A DNA stretch of 36,391 nt from a virus. Lineage: Duplodnaviria > Heunggongvirae > Uroviricota > Caudoviricetes. The stretch lies in IMG/VR virus record IMGVR_UViG_2534681704_000005, positions 1 through 36,391 of that record. One strand, written 5' to 3'. Positions 26,853-36,391 of this stretch are shown here, in pieces; the first letter of the stretch is position 1, and every line of letters begins with the position of its first letter. The notes beneath the pieces were generated by a model. The model was not told the origin of the DNA. It made no database searches and saw only the letters and a list, made by a program, of their open reading frames with translations. The position numbers and the translations under genes are program-made.

Positions 26853-27270
26853 TGAAAGAGCTTGAGTTAAAGAAACCGATTATCGCTCATGGTGAGACAC
26901 TCTCCGTACTGGAGTTTGATGAGCCCACCGGGAAGGATGTCCGCGAGCTGGGGTATCCCTACCAGATGAATCAGGATGAGTCCGTCAGACTTCTGGCGCA
27001 TGTGGTGTCGAAATACATTGTGCGGCTGGCGAAAGTGCCGCAAAGCTCTGTCGACCAGATGTCTCCGGCAGACCTGAATGCAGCGGCGTGGCTTGTGGCT
27101 GGTTTTTTCCTCCAGGCCTGACGGCTGAATACCTCACTGATCGCTTCTTTGACTGCGCCAGCTACTGGCGCATTAATCCCTTCGAATTGCTGAATATGCC
27201 GATCAGTGAAATTCCCTTGCTGGTCAGTCAGGCAAACAGGATAGAGCAGGAGAAACGCACACATGGCTGA
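26852..27270 (+). CDS. Tail assembly chaperone pair with programmed -1 frameshift (short product ends 27121; fusion product ends 27270)
   Basis: Slippery heptamer T-TTT-TTC at 27103-27109 near the end of the first ORF; the -1 frame continues FFPPGLTAEYLTDR... to 27270; located between tube and tape measure. Confidence 0.65.
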
Positions 27271-29095
27271 ATTTGAGCTTAAGGCGTTGATCACCGGTGT
27301 CGACAGGCTTTCTCCCGCGCTGTCGAAAATGCAAAAGAAAATCCGGGGATTTAAACGCCAGGCGGAAGAAGCGTCACAGGGTGGGCTGGCGCTTGGTGGC
27401 GGACTGGCAGCGGGTCTGACGCTTTCCCTGAAATCTTATGCTGATCAGGAAAACGCCGCCACCGGGCTGAAAGTCGCCATGATGGATGCGAACGGCGAGG
27501 TCGGAAAGAGCTTTCAGGACATCAATAAACTGGCTATTGGCCTGGGTAACCAGCTACCCGGTACAACGGCTGATTTCCAGAACATGATGCAGATGCTGGT
27601 GCGTCAGGGGATCCCGGCAGAAAATATTCTTGGCGGTGTGGGTAAAGCGACAGCTTATCTTGCGGTACAACTGAAAAAAACACCGGAAGCGGCTGCTGAG
27701 TTTGCTGCAAAGATGCAGGATGCTACCGGAACGGCGTCAGAAGACATGATGGGGCTGTTCGACACTATCCAGAAGGCGTTTTATCTGGGTGTTGACGATA
27801 CCAACATGTTGTCCTTCTTCACTAAAACCAGCTCTGTTCTGAAGATGGTGAACAAGGACGGTCTTCAGGCTGCACAGAGCCTTGCCCCCATCAGCGTCAT
27901 GATGGATCAGATGGGGATGAACGGGGAGTCGGCAGGTAACGCCCTGCGAAAAGTTATCCAGTCCGGATTAAGCGTTAAGAAAATCAGGGACGTCAATAAA
28001 ATCATGGCCCGCCAGAAACTCGGGGTACAGCTCGATTTTACTGACGGCAAAGGAAGTTTTGGCGGTCTTGATAACATGTTCAGGCAACTGGCAAAGCTGC
28101 GAAAACTGACCGACGTTAAGCGAACAGGTGTACTTAAGGCAATATTTGGTGATGATGCCGAAACTCTTCAGGTGGTCAATGCACTAATCGATAAAGGAAA
28201 GGATGGCTACGATCAGATCCAGCAGAAGATGAATAAACAGGCCAGCCTGAATAAACGTGTTCAGGCACAGCTTGGTACGCTGTCCAACCTGTGGGAGGCA
28301 ATGACAGGGACCGCAACTAACGGCCTTGCGGCTATTGGCGGCGCATTTTCTGGTGACGCTAAAAATATCACACAATGGCTGGGGGAGTTGGGGGAGAAAT
28401 TCACGAAGTTTGCGGATGAAAATCCCCGGGTTATTCGCGGCGTCGTCGGGCTTGCTGCCGGTCTTGCGATTCTGAAACTGGGATTGATGGGCGTTGGCGG
28501 TGCCATCAGTATTGTCAGCAGGATTATGTCGATGACGCCGATTGGCATGATTGCGACGGCGATTGCTCTGGCTGCGGGATTAATTATCACTAACTGGGAT
28601 GTTGTCGGACCTTATTTCAAGAAGCTCTGGGAAACCATTGGTCCTTATTTTGAGGCAGGTTGGGAACTTCTGAAGAAGGTTTTTGCCTGGTCGCCGCTGG
28701 GGATGGTGATCAATAACTGGGGACCGGTTGTTAAGTGGTTTCAGGATATGTGGGACAAGCTGAAGCCAATTATTGAGTGGTTTACCGACAGTTCCGGTGA
28801 CACGGTCGATGCCATTAACTCTGCGCAGTGGGGCGCGGGTGCTTATGATGCTTATGGGACGGGAATACCGGCGCGGGGATACACACCTTATCCGGCGGTG
28901 GATCCGGCTCAGTCAAACAACGCCTCCGATGCCACAGGCTCGAATCCCTTCATGATTAACAAAGCTTCTGTGCCAAAAGTTGATGGTGAGATCAAGGTCT
29001 CTTTTGTGAATTCGCCTCCGGGTATGCGGGTTATGGAAACGCGATCCAGCGGTTTTGATGTCAGCCATGATGTTGGCTATACGCGGTTCAGGTAG
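27263..29095 (+). CDS. Tail tape measure protein
   Basis: 610-aa ORF with Ala/Gly-rich helical and hydrophobic segments; canonical position. Confidence 0.85.
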   Translation: MAEFELKALITGVDRLSPALSKMQKKIRGFKRQAEEASQGGLALGGGLAAGLTLSLKSYADQENAATGLKVAMMDANGEVGKSFQDINKLAIGLGNQLPGTTADFQNMMQMLVRQGIPAENILGGVGKATAYLAVQLKKTPEAAAEFAAKMQDATGTASEDMMGLFDTIQKAFYLGVDDTNMLSFFTKTSSVLKMVNKDGLQAAQSLAPISVMMDQMGMNGESAGNALRKVIQSGLSVKKIRDVNKIMARQKLGVQLDFTDGKGSFGGLDNMFRQLAKLRKLTDVKRTGVLKAIFGDDAETLQVVNALIDKGKDGYDQIQQKMNKQASLNKRVQAQLGTLSNLWEAMTGTATNGLAAIGGAFSGDAKNITQWLGELGEKFTKFADENPRVIRGVVGLAAGLAILKLGLMGVGGAISIVSRIMSMTPIGMIATAIALAAGLIITNWDVVGPYFKKLWETIGPYFEAGWELLKKVFAWSPLGMVINNWGPVVKWFQDMWDKLKPIIEWFTDSSGDTVDAINSAQWGAGAYDAYGTGIPARGYTPYPAVDPAQSNNASDATGSNPFMINKASVPKVDGEIKVSFVNSPPGMRVMETRSSGFDVSHDVGYTRFR

Positions 29096-29194
29096 TGTAC
29101 AAAATGATTAATGTGTTTTTGTCTGGCATAATTTGGGTTTTCAGCTTTAAGTAGTTAATATAATCATTCCTTACAAATGATTGAAGGGATGATT

Positions 29195-29689
29195 ATGCGT
29201 ATCTTTGTTTTTTTTATATCTGCACTTTTATCTTTTAACTTGGCTGCGGAAGAGTGTAAGTTCAGCTTTAATGAGTCAGAATTAATCTCTTCTATAGGTA
29301 TTGCACCAGTTAAGCAAGAGATAATAAAGGATGAAGGAATAACTAAGCGGCAATATGAATTCAGAAGAGAATTATCTTCTGAAGAAATGCTTAGTGATGA
29401 CGCTGATGAAAAATATGAGCCGCAGTTTTATATATCTGTTTATAATCCATCATGCCCACAAAAGGTTATTGTTTGGTTTTTCAAAGACAATAAAAACACA
29501 ATGGATTTAAGTAATGAGGTCCTTGCTGGTAGAGCGTTCAAGTATTTAACTGGTGTTAATGAAAGTATTTTTGAAAATAAAATGAAAAAGTTTTTAAAGG
29601 TACAGTCATTTGAATCTTTTGATGAAAGGACAGATTCTAAATTTATAAAGAGTGGTAATATTTATTCCATTGATGTTCAACTCAGATAG
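29195..29689 (+). CDS. Accessory (moron) secreted protein with Sec signal peptide, 164 aa
   Basis: Start MRIFVFFISALLSFNLAA|EE with SD GAAGGGA; strongly AT-rich; inserted between tape measure and baseplate genes and followed by a terminator-like hairpin. Confidence 0.7.
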   Translation: MRIFVFFISALLSFNLAAEECKFSFNESELISSIGIAPVKQEIIKDEGITKRQYEFRRELSSEEMLSDDADEKYEPQFYISVYNPSCPQKVIVWFFKDNKNTMDLSNEVLAGRAFKYLTGVNESIFENKMKKFLKVQSFESFDERTDSKFIKSGNIYSIDVQLR

Positions 29690-29708
29690 TAATTAAAAAT
29701 ATTAGGTT

Positions 29709-29764
29709 CCCGCCACATCTTCTGCGATGTAAATAACTGACAAAGCAGATTTGGCGGGTTTTTT
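29709..29764 (+). terminator. Terminator-like structure (CCCGCCA...TGGCGGG plus T6) after the moron
   Basis: 7-bp GC arms enclosing an inner ACATC/GATGT stem, followed by TTTTTT. Confidence 0.45.
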
Positions 29765-29779
29765 GTATCCGGAGTTTAT

Positions 29780-31108
29780 ATGACGTGGAAAGACAGGCTT
29801 CAGGATGCGTCATTTCGCGGCGTACCGTTTAAGGTTGAAGAAGAAAGTGCGGGAACCGGTCGCCGTGTGGAAACACACGAATATCCGAACCGCGACAAGC
29901 CCTATACCGAAGATCTGGGAAAAGTCACTTTCCGCCCGTCCATCACAGCTTATGTGGTGGGAGATGACTGCTTTGACCAGCGCGATCGCCTGATTGAAGC
30001 GCTGAATAAACCCGGTCCCGGCACGCTTGTCCACCCGACATATGGTGAGCTGAAAGTCTGTGTTGACGGGGAAGTTCGGGTCAGCACATCGAAAAGTGAA
30101 GGGCGTATTGTCCGCTTTGACCTGAAGTTTGTCGAAGCAGGAGAACTCTCTTACCCCACATCAGGTGCGGCGACGGCGCAGACGCTGATGTCATCCTGTT
30201 CTGCACTGGATGACTGCATCAGTGACAGCTTCAGCGGTTTCAGTATCGATGGTGTGGCGGATTTTGTGCAGAACGACGTTATCGGTAATGCCAGCATAAT
30301 GCTGGGGTATGTTTCTGATGCGATGAAAGTGGTGGATTCTGCCGTATCGGATGCCGCCAGGCTGTTGCAGGGGGATATCTCGGTACTTCTGCCGCCGCCA
30401 TCGTCAGGCAAAAATTTCGTTGAGCAGGTGCAGAAAATGTGGCGTACCGGGAAACGCCTTTATGGTAACGCCAGCGACCTGGTCACCATGATCAAAACGC
30501 TTTCCGGTGTCAGCCTCGGCAGCGATCTGCAACCGCGCGGCGTCTGGAAAACGGACAGTAAAACCACCGCCACGGCGACGCAGCAGCGTAACGTGGTTGC
30601 CAGCACCCTTCGTACGACCGCAATCAGCGAAGCGGCGTATGCCGTCACCCGATTGCCTGCGCCAACAACTTCCGCGGTGATGCAGAATTCCGCAGTGGGG
30701 CAGGCAACAACACCTGCGCAGAGCACTGGCTGGCCTTCCGTCACGCATCCGGCACTGAACAATGCACCGGCGGTGAAAAACACAGTTGACCTGCCGACGT
30801 GGGAAGAACTGACTGACATTCGCGACACACTGAATACGGCAATTGATAAGGAGTTGTCCCGTACAACCAGTGATGCGCTGTTTCTGGCGCTGCGCCGGGT
30901 GAAAGCAGATCTGAATGCGGATATCAACACGCGCCTTGAACAGTCTGCACGGATCATTCAGCGCACACCGGATGAGGTTTTACCCGCGCTGGTGCTGGCG
31001 GCGACCTGGTTTGATAACGCGGCGCGTGACGCGGACATTATCCGGCGTAATGCCATTACGCATCCCGGCTTTGTGCCGGTGATCCCTCTGAAGGTGCCAG
31101 TGCAATGA
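29780..31108 (+). CDS. DNA circulation protein (Mu gp43-like)
   Basis: N-terminus MTWKDRLQDASFRGVPFKVEEES matches the Mu DNA-circulation N-terminal signature as recalled. Confidence 0.8.
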   Translation: MTWKDRLQDASFRGVPFKVEEESAGTGRRVETHEYPNRDKPYTEDLGKVTFRPSITAYVVGDDCFDQRDRLIEALNKPGPGTLVHPTYGELKVCVDGEVRVSTSKSEGRIVRFDLKFVEAGELSYPTSGAATAQTLMSSCSALDDCISDSFSGFSIDGVADFVQNDVIGNASIMLGYVSDAMKVVDSAVSDAARLLQGDISVLLPPPSSGKNFVEQVQKMWRTGKRLYGNASDLVTMIKTLSGVSLGSDLQPRGVWKTDSKTTATATQQRNVVASTLRTTAISEAAYAVTRLPAPTTSAVMQNSAVGQATTPAQSTGWPSVTHPALNNAPAVKNTVDLPTWEELTDIRDTLNTAIDKELSRTTSDALFLALRRVKADLNADINTRLEQSARIIQRTPDEVLPALVLAATWFDNAARDADIIRRNAITHPGFVPVIPLKVPVQ

Positions 31109-32184
31109 ACGATAACGTCACGCTACGGGTAAATGGCCGGGAGTGGAATGGCTGGACATCGGTGCGCATCGGTGCCGGTGTTGAACGACTGGCGCGGGAT
31201 TTCAGTGTGGAGATCACCCGCCAGTGGCCGGGAGATGAGGGTATCACCACGCTTCAGCCGCGCATTAAAAACGGTTCAAAAGTGGAAGTGCTGATTGGTG
31301 ATGAGCTGGTGATCACCGGCTGGGTGGAGGCGACGCCCGTTCGTTACGATGCCCGTTCGGTCAGCACCGGTATTGCCGGACGCAGTCTAACCGCTGATCT
31401 GATTGACTGTGCAGCCGAACCGACACAGTTTAACGGACGATCGCTGGTACAGATTGCGCAGGCGCTTGCTGCGCCCTTCGGCATTGAGGTGGTGAACAAC
31501 GGTGCGCCGTCGGGTGTTATTCCTGACGTCCAGCCTGATCACGGTGAAACGGTGATTGAGGTAATCAACAAAATACTCGGTCAGCAGCAGGCACTGGCTT
31601 ACGACGACCCGCACGGCAGGCTGGTGATTGGCGGTATTGGCTCAACGCGGGCACATACCGCGCTGGTACTTGGGGAAAACATCCTTTCCTGTGATACGGA
31701 GAAGAGTATCCGGGAGCGGTTTTCAGTTTACCAGGTGGCGGGGCAGCGTGCCGGAAACGACGATGATTTCGGTGAGGCCACCACCACCGCGCTGCGGGCC
31801 CGCACAGAGGACGCATTTATTGCCCGTTACCGTCCGATGTATATCAGGCAGACAGGGCAGGCCACGGGGGCAGGCTGTATTGCGCGTGCTGACTTTGAAG
31901 CCCGACAACGGGCGGCGCGGACGGATGAAACCACCTATGTGGTGCAGGGCTGGCGACAGGGTAACGGTACGCTGTGGCAGCCCAACCAGCGGGTGATTGT
32001 CTTTGATCCGGTCTGTGGTTTCGACAATACCGAACTGCTTGTTTCGGAAGTCACGTTTACTCAGGACCAGAACGGCACCCTGACGGAAATCCGTGTCGGC
32101 CCGCCTGATGCTTATCTGCCTGAACCCGAAGCCCCCGGCGCGCGAAAAAAGAAAAAAGCCAGAGTACAGGAGGACCCGTTCTGA
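31105..32184 (+). CDS. Baseplate hub protein (Mu gp44 / gpD-like)
   Basis: Position and size within the Mu-like baseplate block; ATGA-coupled. Confidence 0.7.
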   Translation: MNDNVTLRVNGREWNGWTSVRIGAGVERLARDFSVEITRQWPGDEGITTLQPRIKNGSKVEVLIGDELVITGWVEATPVRYDARSVSTGIAGRSLTADLIDCAAEPTQFNGRSLVQIAQALAAPFGIEVVNNGAPSGVIPDVQPDHGETVIEVINKILGQQQALAYDDPHGRLVIGGIGSTRAHTALVLGENILSCDTEKSIRERFSVYQVAGQRAGNDDDFGEATTTALRARTEDAFIARYRPMYIRQTGQATGAGCIARADFEARQRAARTDETTYVVQGWRQGNGTLWQPNQRVIVFDPVCGFDNTELLVSEVTFTQDQNGTLTEIRVGPPDAYLPEPEAPGARKKKKARVQEDPF

Positions 32185-32732
32185 TGAGGGCGATTGAAAC
32201 CATACAGCGACAACTCCTCGGGCTGATTGGGCGGGCCGTGGTGAAAAGCATCAGTGCCGCAACGAAATGTCAGACCGTGGATGTGTCCCTGATTGCCGGT
32301 GAACCCAAAGCCGGGGTTGAACATCTTGAACCTTACGGTTTTACCGCAAGGGCAAACAGCGGTGCGGAAGCGGTGGTGTTGTTTCCGGATGGCGACCGTT
32401 CTCATGCGGTGGTTGTTACGGTGTCGGATCGGCGTTACCGCCTGAAAGGGCTGCAGACGGGTGAGGTGGCTGTCTATGACGATCAGGGGCAGTCCGTGAC
32501 GCTGACCCGGGAGGGGATCGTGGTGGACGGTGCAGGTAAAACGATCACGTTTCGCAATTCACCTAAAGCACGTTTTGAAATGGACCTGGAAGTGACAGGA
32601 CAGGTGAAAGACCTGTGCGACTCCAGCGGCACCACCATGTCAGCGATGCGGCTTGCCTATAACGGGCATCGTCACAGAGAGAACGGTCAGGGCAGTAACA
32701 CCGACAAACCTGATAAAGCGATGGAGGCATGA
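32184..32732 (+). CDS. Baseplate assembly protein V (spike, Mu gp45-like)
   Basis: gpV-like N-terminal beta-rich region; SD AGGAGGA. Confidence 0.8.
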   Translation: MRAIETIQRQLLGLIGRAVVKSISAATKCQTVDVSLIAGEPKAGVEHLEPYGFTARANSGAEAVVLFPDGDRSHAVVVTVSDRRYRLKGLQTGEVAVYDDQGQSVTLTREGIVVDGAGKTITFRNSPKARFEMDLEVTGQVKDLCDSSGTTMSAMRLAYNGHRHRENGQGSNTDKPDKAMEA

Positions 32733-33157
32733 TGGAACTGTGGCTGACGGTGAACGGTAAACGCACCTGCGCCAGCGCACCGCTGGATCCGCTGACCCGC
32801 GCCGTGGTGATTTCCCTGTTTACCTGGCGGCGGGCGGAGCCTGATGACAACGCCGACGTCCCGATGGGATGGTGGGGGGATACCTGGCCTGCGGTACAGA
32901 ATGACCGTTACGGCTCCCGACTGTGGCTGCTTCAGCGCAGCAAACTGACCAATCAGCTGGTGCAGACGGTAAGGGGGTATATCCGCGAATGCCTGCAATG
33001 GATGATTGATGATGGCGTGGTGTCCCGTATTGATCTGGATATCCGCCGCACCGGGATTAATGAACTGGGTAACAGTATCACTCTCTGGCGTCGTGACGGA
33101 CCGGTAATGATTTCTTTTGATGATCTGTGGAGTGCGATAACGCATGGCGGACAGTGA
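32729..33157 (+). CDS. Baseplate wedge protein (gpW/gp25-like, Mu gp46)
   Basis: 142-aa ORF in canonical order. Confidence 0.75.
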   Translation: MMELWLTVNGKRTCASAPLDPLTRAVVISLFTWRRAEPDDNADVPMGWWGDTWPAVQNDRYGSRLWLLQRSKLTNQLVQTVRGYIRECLQWMIDDGVVSRIDLDIRRTGINELGNSITLWRRDGPVMISFDDLWSAITHGGQ

Positions 33158-34202
33158 ATTTCAGCGCCCGACGCTGGCAGAAAATATCAGTATGCTCCGT
33201 AACGATTTATTCGCCAGGCTGGACGTCAGCGACACGCTCCGGCGCATGGATGAAGACGTGCGGGCAAAGGTGTATGCGGCGGCGCTGCATACGGTTTACG
33301 GTTACATCGATTATCTGGCAATGAACATGCTGCCTGATCTGTGCGATGAGTCCTGGCTGGCGCGACATGCTGCGATGAAACGGTGTCCGCGCAAGGGGGC
33401 CACGGCTGCCAGCGGGTATATGCGCTGGGAAGGTGTCAGCGATGGCCTGAAGGTGACCGCCGGGAGTGTTATTCAGCGCGATGACCTGGTTCAGTACACG
33501 GCAACTGCCGATGCAATCAGCACTGGTGGTGTCCTGCGTGTGCCGATCACTTGCTCAACTACAGGCGCGGTCGGTAACGCTGACGACGGTACGGCATTAA
33601 TCCTGGTCACGCCGGTGAATGGTCTGCCGTCTTCCGGTGTGGCTGACACCCTGACAGGCGGATTTGATACTGAAGAGCTGGAAACGTGGCGCGCCCGCGT
33701 CATTGAGCGGTATTACTGGACGCCTCAGGGCGGGGCTGACGGGGACTATGTCGTCTGGGCTAAAGAAGTGCCCGGCATTACCCGCGCATGGACATACCGA
33801 CACTGGATGGGAACGGGGACTGTCGGTGTGATGATTGCCAGCAGTGACCTGATTAATCCCATTCCGGAAGAGTCAACGGAAACGGCGGCAAGACAACATA
33901 TCGAGCCACTGGCCCCAGTGGCAGGCTCTGATTTGTATGTATTCAGGCCGGTGGCGCATAAAGTGGATTTTCATATCCGCGTGACGCCGGACACACCGGA
34001 AATACGGGCTGCCATCACCGCCGAGTTGCGTTCGTTCCTGCTGCGTGATGGTTATCCGCAGGGAGAACTGAAGGTGTCACGTATCAGTGAAGCGATTTCC
34101 GGTGCGAACGGGGAATACAGCCATCAGTTGCTTGCCCCGGCGGACAATATCTCCATTGCAAAAAATGAGCTGGCGGTTCTGGGGACGATTTCATGGACGT
34201 GA
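33144..34202 (+). CDS. Baseplate J-like protein (Mu gp47)
   Basis: 352-aa ORF in canonical order. Confidence 0.85.
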   Translation: MADSEFQRPTLAENISMLRNDLFARLDVSDTLRRMDEDVRAKVYAAALHTVYGYIDYLAMNMLPDLCDESWLARHAAMKRCPRKGATAASGYMRWEGVSDGLKVTAGSVIQRDDLVQYTATADAISTGGVLRVPITCSTTGAVGNADDGTALILVTPVNGLPSSGVADTLTGGFDTEELETWRARVIERYYWTPQGGADGDYVVWAKEVPGITRAWTYRHWMGTGTVGVMIASSDLINPIPEESTETAARQHIEPLAPVAGSDLYVFRPVAHKVDFHIRVTPDTPEIRAAITAELRSFLLRDGYPQGELKVSRISEAISGANGEYSHQLLAPADNISIAKNELAVLGTISWT

Positions 34203-34777
34203 CAAACGATGATTATATCCGTCTGTTGTCGGCACTGTTGCCGCCCGGTCCGGCGTGGTCAGTCAGCGATCCGGCGATTGCCGGTGCGGCACCGTCATTA
34301 ACCCGCGTTCATCAGCGTGCGGATGCCCTGATGCGGGAGCTGGATCCGCGCACCACCACTGAACTGATAAACCGCTGGGAGCGTCTGTGCGGTCTGCCGG
34401 ATGAATGTATTCCCGCAGGGACACAGACCCTTCGCCAGCGTCAGCAACGGCTGGATGCGAAGGTTAATCTGGCGGGCGGCATCAATGAGGATTTTTATCT
34501 TGCACAGCTTGCTGCCCTGGGCAGACCAGACGCCACTATCACGCGATACGATAAAAGCACGTTCACCTGCTCATCGGCCTGTACTGACGCAGTGAATGCG
34601 CCGGAATGGCGGTATTACTGGCAGGTCAACATGCCAGCCGCCACCAACACCACCTGGATGACATGTGGCGCTCCCTGTGATTCCGCACTGCGTATCTGGG
34701 GCGACACCGTTGTCGAGTGCGTGCTTAACAAACTCTGCCCTTCGCATACCTACGTAATTTTTAAATATCCGGAGTAA
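34193..34777 (+). CDS. Tail protein (Mu gp48 / YmfQ-like)
   Basis: 194-aa ORF following the J-like gene. Confidence 0.75.
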   Translation: MDVTNDDYIRLLSALLPPGPAWSVSDPAIAGAAPSLTRVHQRADALMRELDPRTTTELINRWERLCGLPDECIPAGTQTLRQRQQRLDAKVNLAGGINEDFYLAQLAALGRPDATITRYDKSTFTCSSACTDAVNAPEWRYYWQVNMPAATNTTWMTCGAPCDSALRIWGDTVVECVLNKLCPSHTYVIFKYPE

Positions 34778-34780
34778 TCC

Positions 34781-35674
34781 ATGCATCGTATAGACACGAA
34801 AACCGCGCAGAAGGATAAGTTCGGCGCGGGTAAGAACGGTTTTACCCGTGGTAACCCCCAGACCGGCACACCTGCCACCGATCTGGATGATGACTACTTT
34901 GACATGTTGCAGGAGGAGCTTTGCAGCGTTGTGGAGGCATCCGGTGCCAGCCTGGAGAAGGGGCGGCACGACCAGCTGCTTACCGCGCTTCGTGCGCTGC
35001 TGTTAAGCCGCAAGAATCCGTTTGGTGATATCAAATCGGATGGCACGGTGAAAACGGCTCTCGAAAACCTTGGTTTACCGGAATTACTGAACCTGAAGAG
35101 AGATAAGACAGATAACAGATTCTCGACTTTCGTGTTTGAGTCTGGCAGGCCAGAGGATAGTCTTTGGCTGGCATATGATGAACAGAAGAAACAATTTGCT
35201 ATCGCTTTTAAAGTCGACGGTGCCGCAAAATACGTATATCTGCAAAACAAAGGAGGAAGTCTTGCTCTTGAAGAACAGGTAACGGCGCAGGCAATACTGA
35301 CAAAACTGCTTCAGGTTGATGGTTCCGGGTCAGGGCTTGATGCCGATTTGGTGCGCGGGCTACCTGCTGATTTTGGTAGTTCACCGTCAACTAATGGATA
35401 TCAGAAGTTACCGTCCGGCATGATTATACAGTGGGGGATGTCAGAGGTTACATCAACGGATATCTACGTAAAATTCCCGGTGGCTTTCACAAGACCACCA
35501 CTGTTTGTCGGCGAGTCTTCGCCGGGCGGCGGACAAACGACATCAGTGTGGACAGCTAATGCTATAACGAATGTCGGATTTAATGCCACACAGATTTGCG
35601 TGTTAAGCAACACATCAGACAGAGTGCTCCTTCCCGATAATAACGCCACCACCTGGCTAGCGATAGGATTTTAA
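34781..35674 (+). CDS. Tail fibre protein (constant N-terminus plus variable C-terminus; contains invertase crossover site)
   Basis: Conserved tail-fibre N-terminus ([40 protein letters not shown]); gix-like site at codons about 93-101. Confidence 0.8.
   Translation: MHRIDTKTAQKDKFGAGKNGFTRGNPQTGTPATDLDDDYFDMLQEELCSVVEASGASLEKGRHDQLLTALRALLLSRKNPFGDIKSDGTVKTALENLGLPELLNLKRDKTDNRFSTFVFESGRPEDSLWLAYDEQKKQFAIAFKVDGAAKYVYLQNKGGSLALEEQVTAQAILTKLLQVDGSGSGLDADLVRGLPADFGSSPSTNGYQKLPSGMIIQWGMSEVTSTDIYVKFPVAFTRPPLFVGESSPGGGQTTSVWTANAITNVGFNATQICVLSNTSDRVLLPDNNATTWLAIGF
35058..35083. other. gix/hix-like 26-bp site-specific inversion crossover site
   Basis: Minus strand reads TTCCGGTAAACC-AA-GGTTTTCGAGAG; left half is 11/12 to the Mu gixL half TTCCTGTAAACC as recalled from memory. 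Confidence 0.6.
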
Positions 35675-35676
35675 TT

Positions 35677-36111
35677 ATGGATATGTGCTTCTCAGCCACA
35701 ACGTTGGCGTTTTATCCTCTGGATATGAAAGACGGCTATATCGCCGCCGGAACATGGCCGGACGATATCGTTAAACTGACGGATTCAGAGCGTGATAAAT
35801 ACTGGATGAAACCGGCTCCGGAAGGAAAAGAACTCGGTAGTGTCAAAGGTCGACCTGCCTGGGTGAATGTCACTCTGCCTACCCATGAGGAATTGGTGCA
35901 TCAGGCGGAAGTCAAAAAAGTATTTCTGATATCAGAAGTGAAATCGGAAACAGAGATGCTACGGACAAGACTGGCGCTCAAACGCATCAAGCCAGATGAA
36001 GAAGCACTTTTGAACGCCTGGTTTGATTATCTGGACGCACTGGAAATGGTTGATATTTCCAGTGCTCCAGATATTGAATGGCCTACGCCTCCGGCTGTTC
36101 AGGCCAGATGA
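35677..36111 (+). CDS. Tail fibre assembly protein (Tfa)
   Basis: 144-aa ORF after the fibre gene; C-terminus shares a motif (DYLDAL..VD.S.APDIEWP) with the convergent copy. Confidence 0.8.
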   Translation: MDMCFSATTLAFYPLDMKDGYIAAGTWPDDIVKLTDSERDKYWMKPAPEGKELGSVKGRPAWVNVTLPTHEELVHQAEVKKVFLISEVKSETEMLRTRLALKRIKPDEEALLNAWFDYLDALEMVDISSAPDIEWPTPPAVQAR

Positions 36112-36391
36112 TATCCGGCTCGGTGCTGGTATCTGTTGCCGTCACCGCGTCAATGTAATCCAGCACGGCGTTAAGTCGGGTTGTTTCTGCCTGCGTCAGC
36201 TTCCGCCCGGCCTGCAATTTCAGTTGAATCAGACTGATGGAAGCCATTGCAGCATCAATCAGCGACTGGCGCTGTGCTTCTGCCGCGTCTACTGCGGCAC
36301 TATGCTGTGCCTCAGTATCTGTCACCCATTTCTCACCATCCCATTTATTGTATGGCGTTAACGGTGAAAGCGTGACATAACCGTCTTTGAT
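36083..36391 (-). CDS. Second tail fibre assembly protein in inverted orientation (5' end beyond window)
   Basis: Minus-strand frame is open to the window edge (...YNKWDGEKWVTDTEAQHSAA...) and ends ...LNAVLDYIDAVTATDTSTEPDIIWPEQPEA, tail-to-tail with the plus-strand Tfa. Confidence 0.7.
   Translation of the reverse strand: MKDGYVTLSPLTPYNKWDGEKWVTDTEAQHSAAVDAAEAQRQSLIDAAMASISLIQLKLQAGRKLTQAETTRLNAVLDYIDAVTATDTSTEPDIIWPEQPEA

Larger units (their letters stand above)
1445..36391. mobile_element. Integrated temperate phage (prophage, left arm; right end and attR beyond window), SfV/P22-like integration at thrW
   Basis: Integrase next to tRNA 3' end, then immunity, replication, lysis, packaging, head and tail modules in canonical order; attL core presumably overlaps the thrW 3' end but cannot be confirmed without attR. 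Confidence 0.9.

Noticed and set aside
30151-33145. Minus-strand ORFs within baseplate genes (30404..30748, 30460..30957, 32687..33145 and others)
   Set aside because: Antisense to syntenic Mu-like baseplate genes; no independent support.
1-36391. CRISPR arrays, rRNA genes, IS elements or transposase genes
   Set aside because: No spacer-repeat periodicity, no rRNA-like conserved blocks and no transposase-like ORF or terminal inverted repeats were seen anywhere in the window.

Overview
The window holds the end of the host proBA operon (complete proA, 1..1254), tRNA-Thr thrW (1369..1444), and about 35 kb of a prophage integrated at thrW whose right end lies beyond the window. The phage is mosaic: a P22/SfV-like int-xis pair, a lambdoid early-left operon whose gene sizes match the K-12 CPS-53 YfdT/S/R/Q/P set, a cI/cro immunity region, an O-like replication gene with internal iterons, nin-type genes, a Q-like gene, a lambda-like lysis cassette, HNH-terminase-HK97-type head genes, and a Mu-like contractile tail and baseplate ending in an invertible tail-fibre region. 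The best candidate for an undescribed system is an AT-rich accessory island abutting cI (about 5862..7577): a protein with four TerB-like repeats fused to a BRCT-like C-terminus, divergent from a stand-alone ClpX-zinc-finger-like protein and two small overlapping ORFs. Three further single-gene AT-rich morons sit at Q/holin, Rz/HNH and tape-measure/baseplate junctions. All calls come from reading the sequence and motif recall; no database search, fold prediction or GC computation was run, and coordinates of non-coding features were counted by hand.
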